Shown: positions 16,484-26,309, counted from the stretch's first letter. The stretch: 36,083 nt of DNA from Verrucomicrobiota bacterium (GCA_038214755.1 JBBQRQ010000051.1:1-36083); one strand, 5' to 3'. The notes: generated by a model not told the origin, from the sequence alone. Made by a program: numbers and translations.

Positions 16484-17266
16484 ATGAGCACAAAGAATCC
16501 TATAGCTTGGAGCCCAAGCGGGCGACTTGGTTTCACACTAATTGAATTGCTCGTAGTGATCGCAATTATAGCGATCCTTGCTGGCTTGCTTTTACCCGCG
16601 CTGGCGAAGGCGAAGGAAAAGGCAAACGGTATTTCGTGCATGAGCAACACCAAGCAAGTCGCCCTGGCTTGGAGAATGTATGCGGAAGACAACAACGATC
16701 TTCTCGTGCCGAACCTGGGACAGTCGGGAACGCAGAATCAGGATCCAAATTGGTCCTGGGGAATTATGAGTTATACCGGGCCTGATGCCACCAACAGCGA
16801 TCTGATGGTTCGGGCGTTACTCGGCCCGTATGTTCATAAAAACCATCGGGTTTATAAATGTCCTTCCGATAAAAGTATGGCGTTGGTCGGAGGCAAGACC
16901 GCTCCGCGCGTTCGAAGCATTAGCATGTGCAGTCGGTTGGGAGATACGGGTAGTAGTGGAATTGCCAAGTTGGCTCTCGTCGTCAATCCAACGCCTGTGA
17001 TGCAATGGGTGATCATGGACGAGCATCCGAACAGTGTGAATGATGCCTTAATGTTGATCCAAAAGGACTATAAATGGATTGATTTTCCGGCCAGTTATCA
17101 TAACAAGGCGGCTGGCCTTTCTTTCGCTGACGGCCACTCAGAAATTCACAGATGGAAGGATCCCTCTACTATTCTGCCCATAGCACCTGCTGGAAAACCC
17201 GCTAGTTTGAGCGCCCCGAATAGCGCGGATCTCGACTGGTTGATTAAACGTACTTTTGCCCAATAA
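16484..17266 (+). CDS. Prepilin-type N-terminal cleavage/methylation domain protein with an H-X9-DG C-terminal motif
   Basis: [40 protein letters not shown] and [13 protein letters not shown]. Typical of the expanded PVC-superphylum pilin-like family. Confidence 0.93.
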   Translation: MSTKNPIAWSPSGRLGFTLIELLVVIAIIAILAGLLLPALAKAKEKANGISCMSNTKQVALAWRMYAEDNNDLLVPNLGQSGTQNQDPNWSWGIMSYTGPDATNSDLMVRALLGPYVHKNHRVYKCPSDKSMALVGGKTAPRVRSISMCSRLGDTGSSGIAKLALVVNPTPVMQWVIMDEHPNSVNDALMLIQKDYKWIDFPASYHNKAAGLSFADGHSEIHRWKDPSTILPIAPAGKPASLSAPNSADLDWLIKRTFAQ

Positions 17267-17305
17267 TTTTTTCACTTAGCCAATAACCAAAACAAACCCA
17301 CCAAT

Positions 17306-19516
17306 ATGAAAACATACGTAAAAAAAACTACCGTGCTCGCTGCATCAGCGCTGCTTTGCGCGATGCTGCTAAACATGACCTCCACGAGCGCTCAAGCGCA
17401 GAGTGCCACAAACTATTTTACCGATGGCAACGGGACAGACGGGACTCTCGACCAGTATCCCGGTGGAACGGGGAATGGGTGGGCTGCCGGGTGGGTCACT
17501 GCTTTGGGAACCTCGGCCGCAATTGTGAACGGCGTGACCAATACAGCGCCGCTGAACAGTGGCAGCAATTATCTCAGTTGGAGCATCGGCGGCGGAACGG
17601 CGGCCTCCACCATACGGAGACAATTCACCAATGCTACGATAGACGTGACACAACCGTACACGGTGGAGTTTGATTATCGTCTCGACAATTTGACCTCGAA
17701 TGGCTTGCCCGCCTTTCCCGGCGGATTTTCCGGAAACAGTGATTACATCGTATTTCAGGGTGGCGTGAGCAGTGACATAGGTCCTGACGTGCGCGCGAAA
17801 TGCTCCTACATGGTTCGTGTCCAGGGCGCAGCGAACGCCGCCCAGCCCGGGCTGGTGGCATTGCGTTGGAGCTTCTATGACGGCAATCCAGCATCCACCA
17901 CGGAAAATTTAGGCGCCTATTACAACGCCACGAATGTCACCTTCGCCACCAATACAGTCTATCATTTCAAATTGCAGATAGACCCTTATAACCGGCTTTA
18001 CGAAGGAACAGTGAGTGACGGCGTTAACACTTACAACACCACAACCGCTGTCGGGCGGAAACTGCGTTGGCGGCAATTTGGCCCTCCCGTTCCCTTCACC
18101 ACAGACTTTGGGAACACGACTCTGCTCACCTTCGTTTCAAGAAACAACCATGCCGCGAGGACCAATTTTCAGTCTATGGATAGTCTGAGCGTCATTCAGC
18201 TTCCCGCCGACCAACGGCCCGCGCGGGTGACGCAAGTGCTGCCACGCCGAGCCGAAACGTTTTACCCGGCTGTATCAAACGTGGTGTTAGATGTCGTGAC
18301 TTACGGAACGAACTCGTTGCCTTCCAGCAATATTGTTTTTAACCTGAACGGCACGAACTTCACATCCACGAACGGACTGACTCTGACCGGGACGGATGCT
18401 TCGAGCAGTCGAACCGTGACTTATAGCGGGTTGGTGTCAAACGCTATTTACAATTTGACGGTCAACCTCACGGATCAAGCGGGGCGCGCCTCGTCGTCGC
18501 CGTCCTTCTTTTTTGACACGTTCGTTCCCTATTCCCGTTATCGCACTACTACCACGACCAATAGCACGAATGTCTTCATCGAAATCAATCCCTCCAACTA
18601 CGTGACGGTGCTCGAAATTGAAAACTTTAACTTCGATCCACTCGCGGCTGCCTGCTCGCTTACTCAGGATGACAACACCAAGACCGACCGCTATATCCAG
18701 GATTGGCGCTATTCCGGTTTCACCTATGACAGTCAATTGGTTGAAAGAACGAACGGCTATTTCATGCGACAGGGCGTGGCAGGAATTGATTTTAAAGTCG
18801 ATAGCACGGCCAATACAGGCTCGAACTTTCGCAGTTGTCCGCCCGGCATTAATATTCGCAACGAAACCTCGGATGATTTCAATCGGCAAGAGCAATTGTG
18901 GACGGACGGCGTTACTGCTCTGCGCGAAAACGTCTTGGAGCGCGCCAGCACCAACATGTGGTTCAACTACACCCATGAATGGACCAACGCGCAATACATG
19001 GTTTACCTGCGCGCAGGTTGCATTCTAAGCAATTACACGTTCGCGCTGGACAAGGTCACGAGTGATTATACCCAGACCAACCAGACGACAACCAACATCG
19101 GTATCTTTCAGCTCCCGGCCGGCCTAAAAAAGGAAATCCTGAAAAATTACCTGCTGACCGATACCAATGGCGCGCCGAAATTGGTCACGTTAAGTGGCAA
19201 GGAAACCGTGCGGTTAACCGGCATTGCCGGGGCCTCTCCCACGCTCAACTTCTGTTTCCTTAACTACATGGTATTCCTTCCCGTTTCGACAGCGGTGCCC
19301 GTCAATATTTCTCTCACTAACGCTATGGCGAACGGCACAAACTTCAGCTTCAGTTTCAACACCGTGGCCAGCACACCTTATACGGTTCAATACAACATCA
19401 ACTTGAGCACCACCAATTGGACCACACTGACGAATCTAATTGGCGATGGCTCGCCCGTAGTAATTCAAGATGCGATTACGGGCAGTGAACGATACTATCG
19501 CGTCAAGAACCCATAA
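17306..19516 (+). CDS. Secreted Thr/Asn-rich beta-domain protein (736 aa), possibly carbohydrate-binding, with a C-terminal RYYR domain
   Basis: Sec signal ending AQA/Q. Beta-rich, with a CBM-like segment (WFNYT...YMVYLRAG...LNYMVF). C-terminus NLSTTNWTTL...D....RYYRV. Confidence 0.8.
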   Translation: MKTYVKKTTVLAASALLCAMLLNMTSTSAQAQSATNYFTDGNGTDGTLDQYPGGTGNGWAAGWVTALGTSAAIVNGVTNTAPLNSGSNYLSWSIGGGTAASTIRRQFTNATIDVTQPYTVEFDYRLDNLTSNGLPAFPGGFSGNSDYIVFQGGVSSDIGPDVRAKCSYMVRVQGAANAAQPGLVALRWSFYDGNPASTTENLGAYYNATNVTFATNTVYHFKLQIDPYNRLYEGTVSDGVNTYNTTTAVGRKLRWRQFGPPVPFTTDFGNTTLLTFVSRNNHAARTNFQSMDSLSVIQLPADQRPARVTQVLPRRAETFYPAVSNVVLDVVTYGTNSLPSSNIVFNLNGTNFTSTNGLTLTGTDASSSRTVTYSGLVSNAIYNLTVNLTDQAGRASSSPSFFFDTFVPYSRYRTTTTTNSTNVFIEINPSNYVTVLEIENFNFDPLAAACSLTQDDNTKTDRYIQDWRYSGFTYDSQLVERTNGYFMRQGVAGIDFKVDSTANTGSNFRSCPPGINIRNETSDDFNRQEQLWTDGVTALRENVLERASTNMWFNYTHEWTNAQYMVYLRAGCILSNYTFALDKVTSDYTQTNQTTTNIGIFQLPAGLKKEILKNYLLTDTNGAPKLVTLSGKETVRLTGIAGASPTLNFCFLNYMVFLPVSTAVPVNISLTNAMANGTNFSFSFNTVASTPYTVQYNINLSTTNWTTLTNLIGDGSPVVIQDAITGSERYYRVKNP

Positions 19517-19528
19517 GGATAAGAAACC

Positions 19529-19561
19529 AACCGGCATCGCTCCTGCGACGTCGGTTTTTTT
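19529..19561 (+). terminator. Probable intrinsic terminator after the secreted-protein gene
   Basis: aaccggcatcgc-tcct-gcgacgtcggtt hairpin followed by a T run, 12 bp after the stop codon. Confidence 0.6.
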
Positions 19562-19606
19562 CTTTCCGGATAAATTGGTTCCTGATCTTCGCAAAGTTTC
19601 TTTACG

Positions 19607-20989
19607 ATGAAAAATTCTTCTGTTCCTGGTTGGGCAGTTTGCCTGGCCTGTTTTTCTTTTGCGTCGTCGCTCTCTGCCAAAGAGCGACCGGTGGCCTTCC
19701 CAGGAGCAGAAGGGTTTGGCCGGTCCGCCACAGGTGGCCGTGGCGGGGATGTCTATAGTGTGACGAGCCTGGCAGACGCAGGGCCTGGCTCATTGAGAAA
19801 AGGCATCGACTCCGCCGTCGGCCCGCGCACAATCGTATTTGCTATCTCCGGGACCATTGAACTCAAGAGCAGGTTGTTGCTCGACAAATCCCAGATGACA
19901 ATCGCCGGGCAGACCGCGCCTGGTGATGGGATTACGCTGAAGGATTTTACCTTCGCCATAAAAAATGCCACTAACGTTGTCGTGCGCTATCTGCGCGTCC
20001 GCCTTGGTGACGAGCACAAGGAAAGGGGAGCCAAGGGAGGCGATGATGTGCTGAACACCGATGATGTTGACGAAATGATGATCGACCATTGCTCATTGAG
20101 TTGGGCAATTGACGGCACCCATGATCTTCGACGCGGCGGCAACGTGACCGTACAATGGTGTATCCTCAGTGAGGCCATGAACCACAGCCTCCATCACAAG
20201 ACCGACCATGCCATGTGCGCGTCGTATCGAAATCTTACCGGGAACATTTCATTGCACCATAACCTCTACTCCACTTGTCGCGACCGCCACCCTACTCTGG
20301 GAAGCGCGAGTGCGCCGCCTCAATACATAGTCGATTTCCGCAACAACATTATTTTTAACTGGAGCGCGAGCGGCACGGCTAACTTCGCCGATCATTTCAT
20401 TAACTGCATCAATAACCTTTGGCGTCCGGGCCCAATGACGGATCCCGCCAGACTTCCGATTGCCATGAAAGGCGCCCTGCCTGATATGGCTAAAGGTTAC
20501 ATGAGTGGCAACGTGTTCGAAGAAAGGGAAGATTTAACCCGCGATAATTACGCGGCGCTAGACTTTAAGCGATGGCTGAAAGCAGGCGGTGGTTATAAAT
20601 ACCAGGGCACGTCTGCGGCGGACTGGAAGGTGGATAAGGAACCCGGTCTTGGAACCAACTTGCCGCAAACTCAGTCCGCCAAGAAAGCTTCCGATCTTGT
20701 CCTCGCCCAAAGTGGCGCGTCCTTGCATCGCGACGCCGTGGATACGCGTGTCATCGACAATGTCCGCAAGCGCCAGGGCAAATTGATCGACTCGCAAAAA
20801 GACGTGGGTGGATGGCCCACTTTGAAAAGCATTCCCGCGCCTTTGGATAGCGATCACGATGGGATGCCCGATGTCTGGGAAAAAGCTCACGGGTTAAATC
20901 CAAACGATCCTGCTGATCGCAATGGAGGTAAAGATCGCGCCGGTTATACCAATCTGGAAAGGTATCTCAATAGTCTCTGCGCACCTTAG
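19607..20989 (+). CDS. Secreted pectate lyase (PL1-like)
   Basis: Signal peptide; AFPGAEGFGRSATGGRGG, DAGPGSLR, IAGQTAPGDG, IDHCSLSWAIDG, RHP, and C-terminal DSDHDGMPDVWE..GYTNLERYLN. Confidence 0.9.
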   Translation: MKNSSVPGWAVCLACFSFASSLSAKERPVAFPGAEGFGRSATGGRGGDVYSVTSLADAGPGSLRKGIDSAVGPRTIVFAISGTIELKSRLLLDKSQMTIAGQTAPGDGITLKDFTFAIKNATNVVVRYLRVRLGDEHKERGAKGGDDVLNTDDVDEMMIDHCSLSWAIDGTHDLRRGGNVTVQWCILSEAMNHSLHHKTDHAMCASYRNLTGNISLHHNLYSTCRDRHPTLGSASAPPQYIVDFRNNIIFNWSASGTANFADHFINCINNLWRPGPMTDPARLPIAMKGALPDMAKGYMSGNVFEEREDLTRDNYAALDFKRWLKAGGGYKYQGTSAADWKVDKEPGLGTNLPQTQSAKKASDLVLAQSGASLHRDAVDTRVIDNVRKRQGKLIDSQKDVGGWPTLKSIPAPLDSDHDGMPDVWEKAHGLNPNDPADRNGGKDRAGYTNLERYLNSLCAP

Positions 20990-21169
20990 CTGTCTTCGGA
21001 ACCAAATCTCGCGCAGCGAATGCAATATTTGTAGCGGCGCGTCTGTGACCACCGCATTGGTTATCCCGCGTTTTCTTGGGGATTATTTTCAGCGGCGGTC
21101 AACCATGTGCTGTATTCAAAGCGGAACCGAGTGGAAATTCAAGCAATTGGGATTTGCCGAACGACCTTC

Positions 21170-21433
21170 AGCGCGGAACGCGGAATGCGGAACGCGGAAA
21201 GGGGGATCAAACATCGTTCAACGAATAGAGGATGGAGGATGGAAAACATCGAACTTTGAACATCGAACATCCAACATCGAACATCCAACATCCAACATCC
21301 AACATCCAACATCCAACATCCAACATCCAACATCCAACATCCAACATCCAACATCCAACATCCAACATCCAACATCCCCATCATCCAACATCCAACATCC
21401 CCATCATCCATCTTCGATTCTCTATCCTCCATT
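21170..21433. repeat. Heptamer mosaic containing a perfect (AACATCC)14 microsatellite
   Basis: (AAYGCGG)-like x4 at 21170-21197, ATRGAGG units at 21225-21243, 19 AACATCS-like units at 21245-21377 (14 perfect at 21280-21377) and two more at 21387-21400. ccatcttcgattctctatcctccat then follows, complementary to the GAGGATG block. Confidence 0.92.
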
Positions 21434-21636
21434 CCGCCTTCTCACGTCGGCGGCTACGGATCGAGTAAAAGTCCAGCGGGTTGCAAACCCGCGATACGGC
21501 AGGTTAAAAACCTGCGCTACCGCTTCCGTAGCGCAGCTTTGCAAGCTGCTGTATCGCCGATTTGATATCGGCAGGGCGCTGGAGATGTCCAGCGGGTTGC
21601 AAACCCGCGATACGGCAGGTTAAAAACCTGCGCTAC
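21434..21636. repeat. Cluster of GTAG/CTAC-ended REP-like palindromes including a 50-bp exact direct repeat
   Basis: gtccagcgggttgcaaacccgcgatacggcaggttaaaaacctgcgctac occurs at 21471-21520 and 21587-21636. A diverged inverted unit starts gtagcgcag at 21528; ccgccttctcacgtcggcggctac lies at 21434-21457. Confidence 0.85.
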
Positions 21637-21642
21637 GACCCT

Positions 21643-23325
21643 TCAACGCAAATGGATGACTGGCGGAACTTCCAGCATCGTTGTTTCTTTGCGCGATTTT
21701 AACCAGCCGAGCCGCGATTTCTTCACATCGAATCGTTGGGTCGCTATATCTCTAAAACGTTCGCGAAGATTTTTTTTGGCCCAGTTCATTAAAATAAAAT
21801 TGTTCGCCACACACAGCGCCAGCCAATAAAGCAGCACTGCTTTTTCATCCCACCGTATGATGGCGAAGATGTTAATCGCTCCCCAAAATGTGATCGACAA
21901 CGCGAAGACTCCCCACGGCAGAACCAAGACTCGGGTGATGGCCCCGCCACTCGCCCGATTTATTTTCACACTGCGCATTCCCTCCCACATGCTCACCCAA
22001 CTCAGCGCTAATAAGTCCATCACGAACACACTCATTCCCGCCAGCCAAACCATTATCCAAAAAACCTGTTGGGAAGATGAACGCATGTCGCGGTCGGAAA
22101 GTCCCAGGAGCAAAAAAATCAGGTCAACGGCCAGAATGAAAAGCGCGGGCGCGGCGAACTGGCGGAAGAGCGCGAGTTGTTGCCCGCGCAAAATTTCCTT
22201 CACGCTCAAGGGAGTGGAAAGGAGCAATTCCATCGCGCCGGTTTTTCGGTCTTGGATAAAGCGGTAACAAGCTTCCGAAGTGATCCATACTTTTAGCAAC
22301 GTGTGCAGCGCGATCGCTGTGATGACGTAAACGGGAGGAGTCATCCATTCTTTCGGCCAGGTGATCATTCCCCAAATCCATAATGCGGTGAGCAGAAATA
22401 TCACGATCCACAGGAAAATAATTTTAATCGGGTCGCCCGCGGCCAGCCATAAAAATGGATTTCTTTCCAGCAGCTTTGTTCGACGCCGGGTTTCCTTGAC
22501 CCGATTGGTTTGAAAAATCAGCCGCCAGAAATTGCGGAACGGCAAACGGTTTTGTTCCGCCTTGTCCTGCCAGGAACGAGGAACAATGACACTCGCGATC
22601 CCCAAAAAAAACCACGCGTAAAGATGAGTCATCACGACGGGCGTCCAAAAATCGCGCGCCTTCAAACTGAGTCTGGAGCCAAAAGCGGAAAAGCAGGCGA
22701 AGGCGGGACTGGGCCTCAATAACGTTGTGGTAAACGGACGGTTGTGATCAGCGAGATTTAAGCTCAGTTCCATAAGGGGCGTCGCGCCGAGGACAAAGAT
22801 CAAAACCAGAAATGCGAGCGACGTTGCCTTGCGTTCATCGCGGCAAACCGACGACGCGAAGATTCCAACGGCCAGTGAAAAAAATAAAAGATTGGTCGCG
22901 ACCAGCGTCACTTTCCAAAACTCGACCGTCACTCCTCCCATCAAAAGCGAAATGGCCAGCACCGGAAACGCCGAGAGCAATCCGTAAAATGTGTTGAGAG
23001 AATTAGCGGCCAGTTTGCCCGCGATGATGTCATAGCCTTTTAGATCGGTGAGAAACAACAGCCCGAGAGTCCCTTCGCGTTTTTCTTCGCTCAAGCAATC
23101 GGCCGTGATTCTCGCACCGGCGCCGAGGCTGTAGATGAACAACATGATGGATAACGCGACGAATAAGAAAATTCCCATTTCGCCCGGAGCGTTGTTGCTA
23201 GTGGCCAGCATCACCCACCCGGCGATTCCCATCGCGATGACCGCTCCGGCGAGCCGGCCCAAATACGTGCTCCGCCGCCGGGATGCGACGCGCAATTCTC
23301 GTTCGACAATGGGAAGAAAAGTCAC
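21643..23325 (-). CDS. ABC-2-type transporter permease-like membrane protein (two permease-like halves)
   Basis: 560 aa, about 12 hydrophobic segments. PIVERELRVASRR start; duplicated motifs EEKREGTLGLLFLTDL and DRKTGAMELLLSTPLS. Confidence 0.85.
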   Translation of the reverse strand: MTFLPIVERELRVASRRRSTYLGRLAGAVIAMGIAGWVMLATSNNAPGEMGIFLFVALSIMLFIYSLGAGARITADCLSEEKREGTLGLLFLTDLKGYDIIAGKLAANSLNTFYGLLSAFPVLAISLLMGGVTVEFWKVTLVATNLLFFSLAVGIFASSVCRDERKATSLAFLVLIFVLGATPLMELSLNLADHNRPFTTTLLRPSPAFACFSAFGSRLSLKARDFWTPVVMTHLYAWFFLGIASVIVPRSWQDKAEQNRLPFRNFWRLIFQTNRVKETRRRTKLLERNPFLWLAAGDPIKIIFLWIVIFLLTALWIWGMITWPKEWMTPPVYVITAIALHTLLKVWITSEACYRFIQDRKTGAMELLLSTPLSVKEILRGQQLALFRQFAAPALFILAVDLIFLLLGLSDRDMRSSSQQVFWIMVWLAGMSVFVMDLLALSWVSMWEGMRSVKINRASGGAITRVLVLPWGVFALSITFWGAINIFAIIRWDEKAVLLYWLALCVANNFILMNWAKKNLRERFRDIATQRFDVKKSRLGWLKSRKETTMLEVPPVIHLR

Positions 23326-23465
23326 TGGTTCAGAATATGAATCAATCGCGCGCGATCAATTGTTAATTGGTTTTGTCGCATTCGAAGTTTCATCAGGCCG
23401 CGACTGTTCATTGGGGCGCATATCACTAAATTGCAGGTTTCAAATGTTCGGAAAGAGGCGGCAAA

Positions 23466-23537
23466 GGAACGCCGATCTCCTGATCGGCATCGGAACGCTC
23501 CACATTTTTCGCGAGCCGATCGGGAGATCGGCGTTCC
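23466..23537. repeat. REPIN-like inverted pair
   Basis: ggaacgccgatctcctgatcggc (23466-23488) and gccgatcgggagatcggcgttcc (23515-23537). Confidence 0.75.
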
Positions 23538-23624
23538 GTTAGTTTGCAAGAAATTGAGATACGGCCTGTTCATTGGAGCGCGTACTTCAGTCCTTGTCAT
23601 TACCCACATCTCCGCGCGTGTTTC

Positions 23625-23714
23625 TTCAATCCTGAAAGGATTGGTATCACTCAGCCCAGGGTAGCTCGTGCCTCGCAACCCTGGGCTAAATGATGCAATC
23701 CCTTTGGGATTGAA
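23625..23714. repeat. Nested palindromic repeat element
   Basis: Ends ttcaatcc...ggattgaa; terminal hairpins caatcctgaaaggattg and caatccctttgggattg; central agcccaggg...ccctgggct stem. Confidence 0.75.
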
Positions 23715-23825
23715 AAGCTCGGTAGTGGTACCGTTTGAAAATGTGCGGACGAAGTTTGGCCGCCGTTCCAATTTTAGACTAAGCACTCAAATCAATTTCA
23801 CCGCCACCGGCGTAAAATGAAATTC

Positions 23826-23867
23826 AGAAAACGCGAGCAGCCTTCGGAAACGAAGGCCGCTTTTTTT
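23826..23867 (-). terminator. Probable, possibly bidirectional, intrinsic terminator after the secreted Ig-domain gene
   Basis: Minus strand gcggccttcg-tttc-cgaaggctgc followed by tcgcgttttct; T7 run on the plus side; ~20 bp past the stop at 23884. Confidence 0.55.
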
Positions 23868-23883
23868 CTGCGAAGCTGTCTGC

Positions 23884-26274
23884 TTATGGTTTGTAAATCG
23901 CCCGGTAGAAGCGCTGCGAATTGTTCGTGAACGCCGTATCCGTAATCGTAAATGGAGCGGTGTTCGTGCTGATGGAACTCCAATTCGTTGTGCTGAGGTT
24001 GGTGTTCGCCTGAATGATGTAATTCAAACCGCTGACTTGTGACACCGTGAACTGGAATGTGTTGTTGGTCACGAGCGGCCCACTGAGCGTGCCTTGACTG
24101 GTGAGCACGGTTAACACGGCGACGGCGCTTGTGACCGAGCCGGAAGTGTTGGTTGCGACAACCGTGTAGTTCCCTGCGTTGTTTGTCGTGATGCCCGTGA
24201 TGGTATAACTCGAACTGGTCGCGCCGCTAATATTTGCAGCGTTGAAACGCCATTGGTAGCTGGCCGCCGGATTCCCGACCGCTTGCGAAGTGAAGGTTAC
24301 ATTCTCGCCCTCGTACTTCGTTTGGCTCTGCGGATTCGTCACGAAGACGGGCGTTGTGGGCTGATTGTAATTCAAAACGATATTCCCCATGCTCCCGCTC
24401 ACGCCGTCCACTGCGATTCGGTAGGTCGTGCTTGCAGCCGCGTTGAAAATGACACGACTCGCGCCGTTGCCAGCAGAGCCGATGTCGTTAGTCACCAATG
24501 TCAGCGCGGAGGCGCTAGAGCCGGTGTAAACGGCCAGAATCGTTGAGTAGTCGCTGCCGATGGTGTCAATGATAACGTTGCCAGCGGCAGGCGGTGTCCA
24601 ATGGTACCAAACGGAAGCTGTCCCCGCGTCGCCAGCATGATTCGGCTCTCCCGATTCTTTGGTTGCGCGGATGTTGTTGCCGTTAGTCGTGCCAGATGCA
24701 CCGCTCAACGGGTAGCTATTCGCAAAGTTGTCATTGCCAGGAAATTCAACCGCAACCTTCGCCCACCACGTCGCCCAGCGTCCTGAGAAGTTCGTCAGTG
24801 TTCCGAAGTGATTCGTCGCGTATTCCTGAATCGTCCAGAAATCCGCATCGTTGAGAGGATCAACGACGGTCGCGCTATAATCTCCCCAACGCGTGCCAGT
24901 GGTGTACGTCTTCCAGTAAAGATCGGTCCCGCTCTTGAATGACCGTGAGCTGTCCATTTCATTTTGCACGCCATAAAATGGTCGGAACGAGTAGGCGGAA
25001 GAGGGGTATTGATTCGTCGAAAAAACGGAGTAGCCGATAAGCGCATCATTGAACCGGTTGACGGCAATGCTGCCAAAGGCGTAGTAGGTTGCGCCCGAGT
25101 TATCGTCAATTCGGCCATTCTGAAAAACGGAGCCGTTGGTCCCGATCTGCCACCATTGAACGGCGGTGCGGGCATTGGCACTATCGTTGTATGGCAGGAA
25201 AATATTGTGGGTTGCCCAAATGCGCCCGTTCCGCTGTACGACCGATAGAATTCGCGAATCATTATTCAGAATTCGAATGGTACTGCTGCCAAGTTGGGGC
25301 GCGCTGTCCACGTTCGCAGTTGTCGCTTCGTTTACCTTGTCGGCCCATGGAGTCGCCCCGATGAGTCCGACTTGGCTCAGGCTTTCTGAACCAATGGCGC
25401 CACTCAGACGCCACAGGCGAATGAGACCTGCGATTGAACCGCCACCTAAATCGTAATGCCCCACCACATTCTGCACGAAGTAGAGGGACGATTCATTGGT
25501 ATCATAAGTGGTCGCAGGGAACTGGCCCCAACCCGAATTTGTAAAGGTGCCGGAGAATGTGCGCGGGGCGTTGCTGCTTCCTGCGAAGTAGTTCGTCTTG
25601 GTGAAAACGTAAATCAGACTGCCATACTGCCCGTTTGTGGTTAACGGAATCATATTCAATTGGACGGAAATCCACTTCTGATTAAAACCCATCGTAGGAT
25701 AATCAGCCCAAGTGTTGTTATTTGCATCTACGTCAAAACGGTAACGATTCCAATTCGTGAACGCTGGGTTTTCAGATTTTGATACTCCGAGAAGCAGCGA
25801 GGAGGTTGACAGAAAGGGATCGACAATCGCGCAGGCTATCCATCGCTTCTGCACGGGGTCGTAAAGAATCCGGGGATCAGTAATCGTGGTGTAGCTACCG
25901 ACACCCGACCAGAAACCGGCCAAATTAGTCGTGGCAACGATTGTCCCGGTTCGCGTCTGGATTCGAGCTTCCGTGTTTATCATTGTGACAACATTGCTTT
26001 CGCCAACCGCGCCATGACTGTCAGGAGGAGCAGACAGCGAGGAGTCATGCGGTCCAGGAAAATCAATGGTGGGCGAAGGTGATGCTGGCGGCGGCTCGCC
26101 TGTTGGAAATACCGGCGGCGGGCGGAACATCCAGAGCGGCAAATCCCCTGGAACAGGCGGTGCATTTGTCAGTGTAATGAAATCATTGAATTCCTCCTGT
26201 GCCTTGAGTTGTCCGGTGGCAACGAACGCGAGGATGCAAATGCCTATCCAGGTCAATATCGGGTTAAGTTTCAT
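23884..26274 (-). CDS. Secreted protein (796 aa): PPD...RWGDYS propeller-like domain, PGNDNF..GEPNHAG..SVWY beta-domain, Ig I-set domain, C-terminal RFYR domain
   Basis: Start at ATG 26274 (MKLNPILTWIGICILAFVATGQLKA/Q signal, AAAGGA upstream). Ig motif PQSQT...YQWRFN...NAGNYTVVATN. C-terminus TNLSTTNW...D...QRFYRA. Confidence 0.82.
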   Translation of the reverse strand: MKLNPILTWIGICILAFVATGQLKAQEEFNDFITLTNAPPVPGDLPLWMFRPPPVFPTGEPPPASPSPTIDFPGPHDSSLSAPPDSHGAVGESNVVTMINTEARIQTRTGTIVATTNLAGFWSGVGSYTTITDPRILYDPVQKRWIACAIVDPFLSTSSLLLGVSKSENPAFTNWNRYRFDVDANNNTWADYPTMGFNQKWISVQLNMIPLTTNGQYGSLIYVFTKTNYFAGSSNAPRTFSGTFTNSGWGQFPATTYDTNESSLYFVQNVVGHYDLGGGSIAGLIRLWRLSGAIGSESLSQVGLIGATPWADKVNEATTANVDSAPQLGSSTIRILNNDSRILSVVQRNGRIWATHNIFLPYNDSANARTAVQWWQIGTNGSVFQNGRIDDNSGATYYAFGSIAVNRFNDALIGYSVFSTNQYPSSAYSFRPFYGVQNEMDSSRSFKSGTDLYWKTYTTGTRWGDYSATVVDPLNDADFWTIQEYATNHFGTLTNFSGRWATWWAKVAVEFPGNDNFANSYPLSGASGTTNGNNIRATKESGEPNHAGDAGTASVWYHWTPPAAGNVIIDTIGSDYSTILAVYTGSSASALTLVTNDIGSAGNGASRVIFNAAASTTYRIAVDGVSGSMGNIVLNYNQPTTPVFVTNPQSQTKYEGENVTFTSQAVGNPAASYQWRFNAANISGATSSSYTITGITTNNAGNYTVVATNTSGSVTSAVAVLTVLTSQGTLSGPLVTNNTFQFTVSQVSGLNYIIQANTNLSTTNWSSISTNTAPFTITDTAFTNNSQRFYRAIYKP

Positions 26275-26309
26275 GATTGTTCCTTTTTGAATGAGATCCC
26301 GGTTTTTTT

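Noticed and set aside
12877..20299. Diversity-generating retroelement template/variable repeat pair
   Set aside because: Only three differences, all synonymous and one not at an adenine; no reverse transcriptase in the window; the target is mid-gene in a lyase.
20922..21623. ORFs with SNIQHPT / MLDVGCW repeats
   Set aside because: These are translations of the AACATCC microsatellite and REP elements, and they overlap the lyase 3' end.
23322..23786. 154-aa minus-strand ORF upstream of the permease
   Set aside because: Composed largely of two palindromic repeat elements; no recognisable protein features.
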